Shown: piece by piece, positions 1-12,107 of the stretch
Layout of the letters: each line of letters opens with the position of its first letter
Position numbering within the stretch: position 1 is the first letter of the stretch
Origin: Guillardia theta CCMP2712
Taxonomy: Eukaryota; Protista; Cryptophyta
Length of the DNA: 36,794 bases
Direction: 5' to 3'
Assembly: GCF_000315625.1 (NCBI RefSeq)
Contig: NW_005434402.1
Location: forward strand, 1 to 36,794
The notes under the pieces: generated by a model
Database searches by the model: none
The model's input: only the letters and a program-made list of their open reading frames with translations
What the model was told of the DNA's origin: nothing
Made by a program: the position numbers and the translations under genes

Positions 1-11
1 TGGACGAGGAA

Positions 12-52
<41 letters not shown>

Positions 53-101
53 TGACGACGAGGAGGAGAATGACGACGAGAATGACGACGAGGAGGAGGA
101 G

Positions 102-136
<35 letters not shown>

Positions 137-2182
137 CGGGAGAAAAACGGGGAGGAGGAGGAGACTCTGTGTTGACCTGCACAGCAGCGGCAGCGATGAC
201 GAGAGGAGCGACGAACTTGGATCTCCACTGGTCGATTCGTTTCATGACGGCACAGACTCCCACACCTGGCCGACGTGAAATGAGATTGACTGGGAGAAAA
301 TGAGAGAAGAGGAGGAGGAGAAAGAAGAAACAGGAACTTGGCTGAGATGTCAAGTGAGTTATGACAAGAGGGGCGGAGGGAAGACAAGGTGGAGAGATGA
401 AGAGAGCAGAACAATCGAAATTTCAAGTCATCATAACACACAAGCATCACAAGTATCACACCTCATGACAAAGTAACAACATCTCAACAGCGTTGAGGGA
501 ACAAGAATCGTCACCGATGAAGACCGACACGACCAAGTTGGCTTGCATCCAAAACCTCTTAAGAACCCCGAGGTGCATCTGGCACAATCTTCAGTGCCCG
601 GCGGACTTACCAGCACTCACCTGGCTCTTGTCCGGGAGGTTTGAGAGGGAGCCGAAGACAAGGAGGTAGAAGGAGAGGAGGTACAACAGCTCCTTAGCAA
701 CAACATGCTCACACCTCGCAGCTGAATCTGTCTTGTCCTTGTCTCTCACGTTCTTCTTGCCACCTGCTGTCATCATTAACAGATGTTCCTCTTGCCCCTC
801 GTGTGACCTGTGAAGAGGTAGAAGAATCCGACGACTGCGAGCAAGACGCCAACGTAGTGCGTTTGTTGCAGGAGCTCCCAACCAAACTTGACGAGGAAGT
901 TTGTAAGGTTGGTTTGTACCTGCCCTTCATCTCATTTCCTCCCATCATCTTCCAGTCTCTTCAACCTGCTGATCATCACCAGAGTACAACCGAAAAGTTC
1001 CTGAGAGCAAGACATGTTATGAACGTGTTGCGAAGTTATGAGCGTGAAACAACATCACATCACCATATTCTGATCGAAGCACGTGTCTGATCAACCCTTC
1101 CATGCTATCTGTCGCTCCCCACGATCCTGCACTGATAGTCAGCCCTCAGAGCTTCCTCCACTTCTTCCTCTGCCACCGTCAACCTTCCCTGCCTCCTCTC
1201 CCTCCTCTCCCTCCATCCCCCACTCTTCTCGCCTCGTGTCTCTCCTCCCCTCCCACTTGCTCACCAAGAGGAGGGTGTGCTGCGGCGACCACTAGGTACG
1301 CATAGGGAAGCAAACCAACGAGTCCCCAGAAGCAGAGGGAGAGGAAGAGGCGAGGACGGAGTAAGAGGCCAGGCTCCTGCATACTGTTCTCAGGGAAGGG
1401 AATGCTGAAGGCGAGGATGCGTGGGGAGAGCAGAGCAAGAACGAGGATGAGGGGAGCAGGAGCAGGAGCAGGAGCAGGGGCAGGAGCAGGAGCAGGAGCA
1501 GGAGCAGAAGAGGGGAGTTGCCTTCTTGATGTTCATGGATACGATGGGAAGAGCATAGAACATGATGGTGTGCTGGTTGCTGAGACCAAGTCCGATGACC
1601 ATTGCTGCTGTCTGAGCATCTGATATGATCGCCGTCATGCTCTGTCCTCGATTTCCACACTCAATCATCAACTTCTTACCCTTGGGATCTTTTGTGAGAG
1701 CAAATCTATCAAGTCCGTCAAGCCATGAGAGAGGTTCAGTGGGAAACAGCACCTGAGGTGAAGGAAGAGCAGAACGGCGACAAACATGTTGTTCATCGCA
1801 AACACTTCAGCATGTGTTGCGTATGTCCAGACGAGAGGCGAAAAGGCAAAAGAGAAAGCGCTCCATGCTGAAACAAACCTTCGCCTCGCATCAACAAGGT
1901 GGGAGAAAACAAGAGCTCAGTACCTCGAACAATCGAGCTCGTCATCGCCATGCTTGCTTGCGCTTGACTGAACGATCTTAGTTCGCAGGAGGAGCTGAGC
2001 AGCACAAGTTTGTCAAGGGATTCAACAACATGTCATCGTTACGTTTGACACGCTGAAAAGAAACCAGCGGCGATCGAGGCTGACAGAGCTGACAGCAAGT
2101 TGACACGGAAGGCTGGCGACCCTGGGTCGCAAACATGAGAGTTGAACCCCTTCAATCCATCCCCTCTCCTCCTCAACATCAA

Positions 2183-2217
<35 letters not shown>

Positions 2218-2254
2218 ACATCAACATCAACATCATCATCATCATCAACATCAA

Positions 2255-2286
<32 letters not shown>

Positions 2287-3247
2287 ACACCATCCTCCAG
2301 CCCCTTCCCCTCCCTCCCCCTTCCCCTCCCTCCCCCTTCCCCTCCCTCCCCCTCTCCCTCTCTCTCCCTCTCCCTCATCATCAACTTCAAATCTTCTCCT
2401 AGTCATCTTCATCGAAGCTACCATAGGGGATGGCGCGTACGAAGATCGCTCCCAACTATCATGAAGAGATCAGCAAAGACTTAAGGCGCATAAGACCCTC
2501 ACAATGGTGTGCAGGGGGTAGCCAGGAGGGTGAGCAACTCCAAGATTGCAACAAGTAGCAACCTGCAAGGTCCTTTCATCCATCTTCATACCACCCATGA
2601 CGTCACTGTACCAAGTCCCCGCTATCACCTCCTCCCACCGTTCGATACATGGTGGACACATAGATGGCGAAACAAGCGCAGGTCACGGAGAGAGACCAGA
2701 TCAAGTCTGTTCTGTCCAGCCTGCTCATGGAGGTAGCAGGTAAGTTCCATGCTCGTCCTTCCGGGACCGTGAAAAGAAAAGGGATAACAAAGAAGGTGAT
2801 GATGATTGCTTTTACATGCGATGACACTTGTGAGGATGCGAAAATTTGTGAGCTCTCACACAGATTTTCTTTGTTCAAATTGTCTGATACTTTCAGCAGA
2901 TTCGGAAATGCAGCCCTCGATCTCTTTCCCTTTACCCACTTCCGATTCCAGTCTCTCTGCCCCTTCCCCTCCCTCTCCTGTTTGCTTCCCTGGTCTTGAT
3001 CTCTCTCTCTCATACACATACACTCCCACACACACCGTGTTTGCCATGATCCTCCTTCTCGTTCTCTCCCTCCCTCCTCCCTCCTCCCTCCTCCCTCCTC
3101 CCTCCTCCCTCCTCCCTCCTCCCTCCTCCCTCCTCCCTCCTCCCCTCCTCCCTCCTCCCTCCCCTTCTTCCCACTCTCCCATCTCCTCACCTCGCTCTTC
3201 CTCTTGCATCTTCTCCTGCATTCTCACCTGCTGCCCTGCCTCGCCAT
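1..3247 (-). CDS. TMEM260: TMEM260 / DUF2723 family GT-C protein O-mannosyltransferase-like membrane protein; multi-exon, 3' end beyond the left edge, start codon uncertain (3247 or 2728)
   Basis: Spliced exons give, in the family order: MYRTVGGGDSGDLV / VATCCNLGVAHPPGYPLHTI / GSPAFRVNLLSAL / FAFSPLVWTYATHAEVFAMNNMF / GLGLSNQHTIMFY / GLLPYAYL..AHPPLG / GSWGATDSMEGLIRHVLRSEYG/TFRL / VFGSLSNL / GVLKRFWMQANLVV. These match recalled TMEM260 motifs (GGDSGEL, LGVAHPPGYP, AEVFSLNN, CNQHT, HFLREEYGTF, ERFWMQ). Confidence 0.9.
2175..2290 (+). repeat. (CAT/CAA)n intronic microsatellite; similar tracts at about 29250-29510 and 33920-34200
   Basis: Directly visible trinucleotide repeats inside introns of the TMEM260-like, RAE1 and LRR genes. 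Confidence 0.9.
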
Positions 3248-3359
3248 GATCCGCAATCCTTCTTGATGGGAAACAAGCTCAAACTACTTAATTTAACCCA
3301 TAAGTCTCTTAAATTAACCAGAAACATGTTAACTGAACTTCCGAACTCAACTCGGAGGT

Positions 3360-3680
3360 CAACTCATCAGTCACTAGTCGGAGCCTCCGACGAGGCTCCG
3401 GGAGCCAGAGAGCCGGCCCATCGCGGGCCGTGGCATGCCACACTGAAGGCTACTAGCTTCAGTAGCGATGAGCCCGGACTCCAGACAAGTGGCCACCGGG
3501 CCCAGCCACCGGGCCCGGCACACTGCTCATCAGGCCGGCCAGGCCACCCCGGCTGACACGGAGCCTTTACGCAGTCACGGTCACCGCCGGGTGCGGGCGC
3601 GAAGTTTGGCACTGCTTGCAACGGAATTGAGTTGCCGCCCGGCCTCGTCGGAACACGGAACTCAGCGGTAGTAGAACCAT
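3360..3680. repeat. GC-rich, palindrome-dense intergenic island (copy 1)
   Basis: Dense CCGG/GGCC words (ccgggcccgg, ggccggccaggcc, ccaccgggccc twice); no credible coding exons; composition similar to 5920-6390 and 9030-9270. Confidence 0.45.
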
Positions 3681-3953
3681 GACGGATTTGAATTCTAAGC
3701 AACGAAAACACAGATACACGGTTATTTCATTCACGCGTTGACACAAATAGAGGTCAGTGCCGACCCAATATAGCAGGCCGCATGACAAAAATAAGATCTA
3801 CACAGAAGACTCATGATTCTAACACAGCAGAGACGAGGCCTCCACCAAGTTTATCATCATCCTTTCCTGTGGCATTGCTTTGAAATTTACCCATCTGAGC
3901 TTGAGAGCAAGAGAAAGCGCACAGACAAACCCCAACCAACGACCCTGACAAGT

Positions 3954-4636
3954 TTACAAGATGGTGCAGCCCCCTTTCTTCTTGGGTTCAGGCTTTGGCG
4001 GCTTCAGCGCGCACTTGATGGCCTCATCGAAAACTCTCTTCAAACCATGCTGAGTCAATGCAGAGCATTCCAGGTACTTCACCGCCTTGACCTTGTTCGC
4101 CATGGCTTTCCCCTGCTCCTCTGTGACTGGCCTCTGCTTCTCTTCTTCCAATTTCTTAATTATCTGGGGCTCGTTGCGCAAATCAATCTTGGTTCCAACT
4201 AGGATGATTGGAACACCCGGCGCATGATGTTGCAACTCCTTATACCACTTATGTTCCACGTTCTCTAGCGAAGTTGGATTGACGACAGAAAAGCAAACAA
4301 GGAACACGTCCGTCTGGGGGTAGCTGAGGGGTCTCAACCTGTCGTAGTCTTCTTGTCCTACAAGTATACATCTGTTAGCAAACAATCGGTCTTGAACACA
4401 AGGGATCAGACCTGCTGTATCCCATAATCCCAACGTCACAGGTTTTTCTTCAACCATTACATTTGCACTGTAATTATCGAAAACGGTGGGGATGTAATCC
4501 TGAGGAAAGGAGTTGGTTGTATCTGTTGATCTGTTAGAGTTCCTATGATAGGCACAAGTAAAAAATTACAGCTGATAAGCATGCACGTCTTTCCCACAGC
4601 ACCATCGCCAACAACAACGCACTTGATCGACCGCAT
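3954..4636 (-). CDS. RAC1: Rac/Rho-family small GTPase (exons 4636-4570, 4522-4412, 4357-3954)
   Basis: [78 protein letters not shown]...GTKIDLR...YLECSALTQ...KKKGGCTIL*. All G-boxes, a polybasic tail and a CaaL prenylation box are present. Introns are GT-AG, 47 and 54 nt. Confidence 0.96.
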
Positions 4637-5359
4637 CTGCTCAGTAGCTATTAGTAAGTAAACTTTTAGACAGAAAACGAGCTTTATCGCTCTGAAGGTG
4701 TAATTCAGAGCAGACATAAGACGGAGACCAAAACAATGAATATTCTATTGTGCAAAGAAAACATATTTGACAAGAAATTTCAGCACTTTCCGGTTCCTGT
4801 TCAAGCCAAATTCTGAAACTGATACCCTCTTCAGTGGAATGAGTATAAGTGTAGCATTCACAAAAAAGATTTCCATCTGCAACTTGAAAGTGCATCTACT
4901 CGACACAAGAAATCGTTGATAGCTCTAATCGTTTCTTATTTTCACTCTGGAGACTGAGTATTTGCTTCCTTCAAACAGCAGCCTTGTCTGCACTACTTTC
5001 GCAACTTCCAGTGAATGTGAGCAACATCCCTCTATAGACACTGTCCATTTTGATCAGAGTAGATTTCTTACTTCTACGCAGCTCTTCGTGTTTAATGCAT
5101 TTTCCACGCTCAACCAACCATTCCATCAAGTACGCTCTGAGCTGACCTCGCCGACTTCACAAGGTCCTTGAACCATCAACTCTTTCTGTATGTCTGAAGC
5201 GCTAGCTTCCAGTCTACGACTCAAGATAGATTGCCGATGGCGATCATAGGCGCCTCTGTCCTCTGGCCTCTGTTTCTCTCTCCCCTCCTCCTCCCTCTCT
5301 CTGACCCGCCATTGCTGCCTTCCACCGCAACAGCTCCTCGACGACCCTCCGCCTCGACC

Positions 5360-5920
5360 TGCAGTACCCCACCCCTTCATAGTCCGTACACCCTACCACC
5401 ATACCGACTTCCCTACCCACCCCTTGCATTCAGCTCCCCCGATATATTCTCAAAAAGTACCCCTCTAATTACCACCCACTGTTGTCCTGCAGAACAAGCC
5501 ATGTAATATGTACCCCACCCCCCATTGGACTTGTACCACCTACCATCTAATCATGTAAATTCCCACCACCACTAGTACCTGACCCTTCTCTCGACTAGGG
5601 ACTACCCCCTGGTAGAGGACAAATTGAGGTTCGGGGGGAATACACCCGTCCTTCTGTACCCACCCATAACGACAAGGGTAAGCCACTGGGGAAAGGATGG
5701 GTAGGGTAATGCCTCTATGACAAATCCTCTGTATTATTAGTTTTGTCTTTATATTAATTTTAAAAATGTCGGCACCAGCAACGATATCCACCCCCCTACG
5801 TAATTTAACAATGTGAGTACCCCTACCATCCTAAATGCAGTAAAGTACCATGTGTTTCCTCTATGGTACTACCCTACAAACTCAGACTACCCCACATTCT
5901 CGACAAGTACCCTCTGTGGG
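5360..5920 (-). promoter_or_regulatory. GGGGTA(C/G)-rich tract upstream of the Rac gene (candidate promoter region)
   Basis: Repeated GTACCCC/CTACCC words on + (e.g. 5364, 5457, 5510, 5817), i.e. G-rich on the Rac sense strand. Confidence 0.35.
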
Positions 5921-6390
5921 ACTGGCACCACGGTGAGTCATCACTCCTGTCTGACGGTTTCAAAGACCGTTGACAGGGCGCCGGGTTGGCGGCGCCGGGG
6001 GCCCCGCCCGGGCCGGGTCACGTCCGGGGCGGGCCACCGTGTGGCACTGCCAGGCTCGGACTGCCGCCATGATGTCTGAGTCAGCTTGCCTTACGGAGTA
6101 CGGTAGACCCGGTGACCGGGCCGGGGTCCGATCCGGCCCGCCGTCATGATGCGCGCCGCCGGGCCGGCCGGGCTGCCACCGTGAGTCATCACAGTTCACT
6201 TGAAGTGTCACGTTAAGCGCGCCCGGCGGGCGGCCGCGGAGGCTGGAGTGCCACCGCACTGTACTCGGACTGGCCGGCCCGCCGCCCGGGGGGGGGTGAC
6301 CGGCGGGCGTTAGTGACGAGGCCGGGCACTCAGCGGCTCAGTCGCGGCAGCCAGTGCCCGTCCGCCGCCGATCCCCCGGGCGATTCGCCA
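5920..6390. repeat. GC-rich palindrome-dense island with TGAGTCA motifs (copy 2)
   Basis: ggccggcc, gcgcgc and ccgcgg words; TGAGTCA at 5934, 6077 and 6182; GTGAGTCATCAC occurs twice. Confidence 0.5.
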
Positions 6391-6679
6391 CTGATCATAG
6401 CGTTGACATTTTGCTTTGTCTGCTTTGGGCTGTATGACGGTTTTCCCGTGAGGGGTTTGTTCTGCTTTCTATGTGGATTGGGGGGTGGCGTGTTTGAGGA
6501 TTTCAAACAGGGTCCAAATTTCAGGTTTATAACTCTGATGTTGTTTTCCAATAAGATATTTTAAACTGTATTGTGGAATGGTTGAGTATAAACAGAGAAG
6601 TAGGGCTGCACCCCAGAAGTTGCACTGAGATCATGGGGTAGTCGACTAACTAATTTGTAGAGCCTTCTTATGGTACAAT

Positions 6680-8570
6680 TTTATCAACAAGTTTGAACGA
6701 CCTCTCTACACGCCATGAGCCTCCCCTTGTTCGGGGCACGTCGCACCGCTCTGTACTGCCCTAACCATGGCTCGCAAACAGCGAGCCCGCGGCAGCGTGT
6801 GCAGACATCAGATGTTCACCGAACCTCCTCATGGGAAATTCCTGAGGTGTAGAGATGATGATCCTTGAGGAGTGCTTCGTACAGTGCGTGGATCTCACGA
6901 AAAATCGTTTGGTGAGCGAAGAGCATCAATAATACAAGTGAAAATCACCATCACAGGGATACGTTGCAATCGAAACCGGGTTGTGAAATACCCTAAGCTA
7001 TCTGCGATGCATGACAGGGAAACTGAGTTGGAGTAGATGGATGGAGATTACACACAAGACGACAGGGAATCATCATCCGACGGTGACTGGATTGTTCAAA
7101 AGCCGTACAGTCACCAGTGAGCTCAAGAACATATGTTTTCACGATGATGGCTGATAGGCTCGCAAGACATACAGTGCATTTTAGCAGTGGGCTGCTCGAT
7201 TGCTTGAAACCACGATGATCCACAGCACTATCGAATGATAACAAGCAAGTCCAGTGGTTCGTGAAGGATTCTTCATCCGGTTTTCAAGGATGTGTTGGAA
7301 CGATGAAACATGTTGCAAATCACCAAGGTCTATGCCATTTGATCACATGATGCATCATCTAAATATTACTGGTGTGAACTTGCATCAGATCGTGTGTCCA
7401 TCAATGAGCCGCTGCCAAGCAGATGATACGGTCACAGCAAACACGAGCACTTTGAAGATGCTGATATTCCAGGCCGTACAGCATTTATGATGTGGCTACA
7501 TGTCACATGCTTCTTGGTTAACACAGAAGTAACTTCGCCAGGCAAAAGATGGAACGTCGTCAGGATTACAAGGAGGTCGGTTGTGCTTTTACCCAGATTG
7601 AAACGCTTGTAATAAAGATATGATCACCTGAATGTGGAATTCTGTTTATTGATTCACAGTGTTTGTCGTTCGTGTACAATCATCGAGTGCTTGCTCTGTT
7701 GAACAAGGCACCCCTCTGTAGAGCCAAATGCGACAAGAACACTACTGTTGCATGGTAGCATTGCGAACTGTCCAAACAAGGCAGGATTGATTCGAAGAAC
7801 ATCTCATTTATTGATATCAGATTCATCTGCACATTGTTTCATTTCTAACTAGGTTTCTGCAGCGTTGTGGAAATGTCATGACAGAGGAAGAACTTAGTTG
7901 CAGTGCAGAAAAATCATCCAACGTCATGAAACATGGAAATGCAATTGTCAATGCACTTGATCATGGGTATAGTGATTCATGATCAACAACGATGATTCAA
8001 AGTCATCTATCCTGGCAGGTAAAGAAATCCTTTGTGCAAACGTCTCTTCATGCATCATTGAACGGTTGAGCATGTAAAGCTTTCTCTATAGAAAAGTGAG
8101 GTGCATGAATCCTGACCGTAAGACTAGAAGAATTCAAAGTGAGTGATGACATGAGAACACATATCTAGACAGCAAAGTCGCTTAAGGTACAGTTTGATAT
8201 ACAAATTTCTCACAAATCATGCATTTGAGCTCAACGTTCAACCTACGGCAATTTGAAAGGAGGGTCAATCAGAGTTGATTCTGTTCAATGGTGAATCTAT
8301 CATTAGTTGCTTAGCTGTTCATGAAAATTTCATCTTGTCTTCGAAGAATATTTTCAAGTACACACGCGGATTGTTTGTACCTAGGGTGCATATTCCAGTA
8401 CACGATGGATGATTCAAACCTTGGCCCAACCTGCAGAGTTGAGAAAGAAGCTCGATCATCTCTTACAGGTATGATATGAGATCTTCATCTCATTCCTATC
8501 TCAGTTGGGTTGGATTCGAAGTCTCTCAATATCAAGGTTCATCCTCGCGAGTCAGGAATGCACCATTTCA
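6680..8570 (-). other. Possible multi-exon hypothetical gene (unresolved, boundaries approximate)
   Basis: Short open segments bounded by GT/AG on - (e.g. YFTTRFRLQRIPVM / IHALYEALLKDHHLYTSGISHEE), with a promoter-type C-rich tract at 8600-8960 upstream. No recognisable domain. Confidence 0.25.
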
Positions 8571-9029
8571 TCGCCTCTTGCTCGTCCAGGGAGAGGGGGC
8601 TTGGGGAATGAGAAATGGGGGCTACCCCCCACCCCCTATCACAGAGTTTCAAACTGGTTCGAAGGTGGGTAGTTGAGGGTGCTCCATACCCACCCCACCC
8701 CCCAACGAAAGTCAAACGGAGGGGTTCTTGGAAGTCGAAGTTCCGACCAGTTTGGCCCTCGTTTTGTACCATATAAACGCTGCAATATTAAGTTGGTACC
8801 ACAGATACTTCTAAAATTCGTACTTTTACTTTGGTTTGGCGTGGTGAGGTGTCCAAGCAACCAAATTCAAATCACCCTACCCCTCTTTGGCCCTGCGCAG
8901 CAACGATTTTCCTAAGAGCGAGTACCCTCCTACACGCCTTCTCAAAGTAGGGTACTCCCACATGGCATGAAATGAAGGGACCCCACAGGCCCTTCGAAAA
9001 AAAAAAATCTTGCCAATTTTTCCTATGAG

Positions 9030-9270
9030 CACCCGGCCGGAAAAGCAACGCTATGTTCTCACCGTCACTGACCGTCGCAGTGATCGGATGCGCCGCGGCG
9101 CCGGGGACTCCTCGCCGGGAGCCGCTAGGGCCTGACTCACGGTGCTGACTCGTCACTGGCACAGTGCCGCCGGCCCCCGGCGTTCCGGTTCAACTGAGTC
9201 CGAGTCAGGCCGCGGCCCGGCCCGGCCCGGCCGCATTCAAGTACTTGTACTATAGTACTGGCACGGTACT
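9030..9270. repeat. GC-rich palindrome-dense island (copy 3, inverted relative to copy 2)
   Basis: TGACTCACGG at 9133 is the reverse complement of CCGTGAGTCA at 6179; run of ggcccggcccggcccggcc. Confidence 0.5.
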
Positions 9271-11098
9271 CTCTAATCATTGAAGTGGCGGATGAAGACG
9301 AAAAAAGACTCTGCGAGGTTGACAGCCTTGATGACTCCGGCACCGAAGGTACTTGAAGGTTTCCTGGTGGGTGAGGGTGGGGTGGTACCCGTCTTTGATA
9401 CTGTCAAGATGAATTTCGGGGGCCGAGTAACGCGAGGGTGGGTGATGAACAGATACGTGGGGGGTGGGGGAGGAGGGGGTACTGTCAGAGGTACTTTCTG
9501 GGGTCACGGGGGAGGGGGAGAAGTTTTTCGGGTAGGGGGTGCATCTTGTTGGAGGGGAGGAAGGGGTGGGTAGTACTGCCATACCTGGGCTGACGATAGT
9601 AAAGCGAGGGGTGGGAAAATATGGTGGGTGGGTAGTGATGTCGAGGGTAGACCAAAAAGGAAGGAACGAAAGAAAAGAAGGTTCTGGGATTGGGTAGGGG
9701 TGGTTGACCACGGGTGTAAATAAGGGGATTTTATGGGGTGAATTTCAAACGTGACACCAAAGGGGGCAGGGTGCGCGAAGGGGTGGTCAACGAAATGATT
9801 GAGTAGGAAAAAAAACGATTTCAGCTTCTTTTGGAGATTTGTTCCTATTTTGGGTTCCTCGGTCGGTGCTGGATATTTTCGGTGGGGGTGGATAAAGGTT
9901 CTCAATACTTCACAAAATAACACCTTATCCCCGCCAACTTGTGTTTTCCCGATATAGAATGGTACTAATTTGATCTATATTGTTACTTAATATTGTTAAT
10001 TATTAGAAATTACTGTGGGTCCACCCACTGCTAGTGTACACAATTCCACCCCGGCCGGATTTGATATTATTAGGGATCTGTCGGCGGGTAGGTCGATGGA
10101 ATGGGGGGAGCAGGAGGTTCGATTGGGCATGTATGAAGGCAGTGGTGATGTCAGGGGGAGATAGAGATAGCTTCTATTGGTAACGAGATGAAAATGCAGA
10201 TGAAAACTTCGAGTTTCATTCTTCACTTGGATGAACAAGCTGATATGGACGGGGATAGGAAACACGAAAACAAAATCTCGAAACTCGATTCAAGTGGTTT
10301 GATGTCATGGCGAGATGCGAAGCGGTTCTGGATTGCATTAGTCCATCCAGATGTGTTTTATTAGCCAGTGAAAAGATCGGCCATAGCAAATGGAGATATT
10401 GAAGCATGTATATCAAAGGGTTTGGTTGTAATGGAGCACAAACCTGGGCCGGGGTTTCAGTGGGAGTTTTAGTGGTCAGGAAGAACCATGAAAAACGATT
10501 TCCCTTTGTCTTCTATAGTCATTCATTGTTGTCACAATTCTATCGCTTTCTTCTCTCACTCTTTATTTGATAAGGCGGGGAAGGGGAGCGGGGCTCCTTC
10601 CTGTTATGAGTGAAGCAGCGGTTGTATGGCCTTGACCCTGGCAGGTAACTTGTGCTAGTGTCACGGCAGAGATTAACTTACAACTGTTGCTGTCTATTTT
10701 CTTGCGCAAAATCTGCACAGGAGAAACTGCATCGAGTTTCAAAGGACTTCGGTATGTATGCACTTGTGTGATTGTGTTAGGTACATAGTCGCGTGCACTG
10801 ATCGAATAGGATGAAAGAAAGGGTACGTTGGGGCTGGATTGGGCAGATTATATGCAGACACGATTTTACATTTGTGAGGCTCATCAAGAGTCTGTGAAAC
10901 ATAAGTTGTCAGGCGTAAAAAGGTGCAGAGCATTGACCTGATTATATCGTCAAAGCCCTGCCCCTTTGCCGCCGCTTTCGTCTCTTTAGGCTATAGAGAG
11001 TTGCCTCTGCCCAAGACCTCTGCTGAAGCTTGAAACTGATTGATTTCTGTGACTGGATCTGCTGGGCATGTTGCATTCTGCGTGGTGAAGGAATCGTC

Positions 11099-12107
11099 AT
11101 GCCACCTGGTGCTGATGGGCCTGGATTTGCGTCAAGCATTCAGACAGCAGCTCAGAGCATCGGGACCGGATCTCAGATAAAGACAATCGACATGTCGGAG
11201 AGCCAATCGCAACCTCTCTCGGCACGAGAAAGGTTGAGGCAGCATGTCAACCGAAACATTCAAATGCAGCAAGAGCTGGCGAGACAACAGGCAGAAAAGC
11301 AGGCCATCATTCATGGTGCTGATGCTGATTGTTACTTGCTGTTTCCATAGTCTGATGCAGCGCCGCAGCAAGCGCCTCTCCCAGCCTTCATGGCAAACAG
11401 TCGGGAGCTATCTTGGGAGTGCAAAATCAGGTGAACCCTGAAAGATGGGAGCCTGGCATGGCGATGAGCGGAGAGTTGACGTTGGAGCACAGGCTGGTGG
11501 ATTGGAGTCCCTGTATGCTCCCATTCAAGATACTCGTCTGGGGAAGCACGATATTCATGCCAATCACGCAAGTCAGGCTGGGATTTTGAGTGTCACCCCA
11601 AAGCAGCTTACGCACGCGGACGTCCTGAGCGTGAGCGACGGGAGGGGAGGCTGGCTGGCGGAAACAAACTTGTGCGGCAGGTTCCGATCAATATGAGCGT
11701 CGACATGACTGGGCCGCTGGAGACTCAATGTGAGAGTTGTTGTTAGCATACCATGTGGTCACGCGACAGCAGACGACTCTCCTGCTGACTTCGATCATGC
11801 GAACGACCTTGCGGAGACCGCTCCTTTCATTCCGTCACAGGTGACTGGCCGTCAGTCTGTTGTCGTGCCCTGTCCTCTCGTCTTCCTTTGACTCGCTTCC
11901 TCCTCGCAGGAATGGAACGATCCCAATCTGATCGACGGTGATTCCTCTCACCTGTATTATAGCCATGAAGAATGTCGCCCGGTCCCCGACGTCGTTGACG
12001 ATGACTGGGTACAGGTGAAGATGCATCTGAGTGCTTCCGTCGAGTGATAATGATCGTGCTTCTTACAGGGTTTGTATGATATGGAAGGGATGGTAGCTGA
12101 GAGCTAG
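11099..12107 (+). CDS. Hypothetical multi-exon protein (further 5' exons possible; splice phases not fully resolved)
   Basis: Open exon MPPGADGPGFASSIQTAAQ...ARERLRQHVNRNIQMQQELARQQAEKQ, followed by regularly spaced GT..AG introns of about 50-60 nt. No domain recognised. Confidence 0.4.

Noticed and set aside
3-278. Asp/Glu-rich reading frame on + at the left edge
   Set aside because: It overlaps a well-bounded - strand exon of the TMEM260-like gene (about 178-267) and its (GAC/GAG)n intron; it is a microsatellite artefact.
2022-2464. Poly-Met, poly-His, poly-Asp and poly-Ile ORFs
   Set aside because: Translations of an intronic (CAT)n microsatellite.
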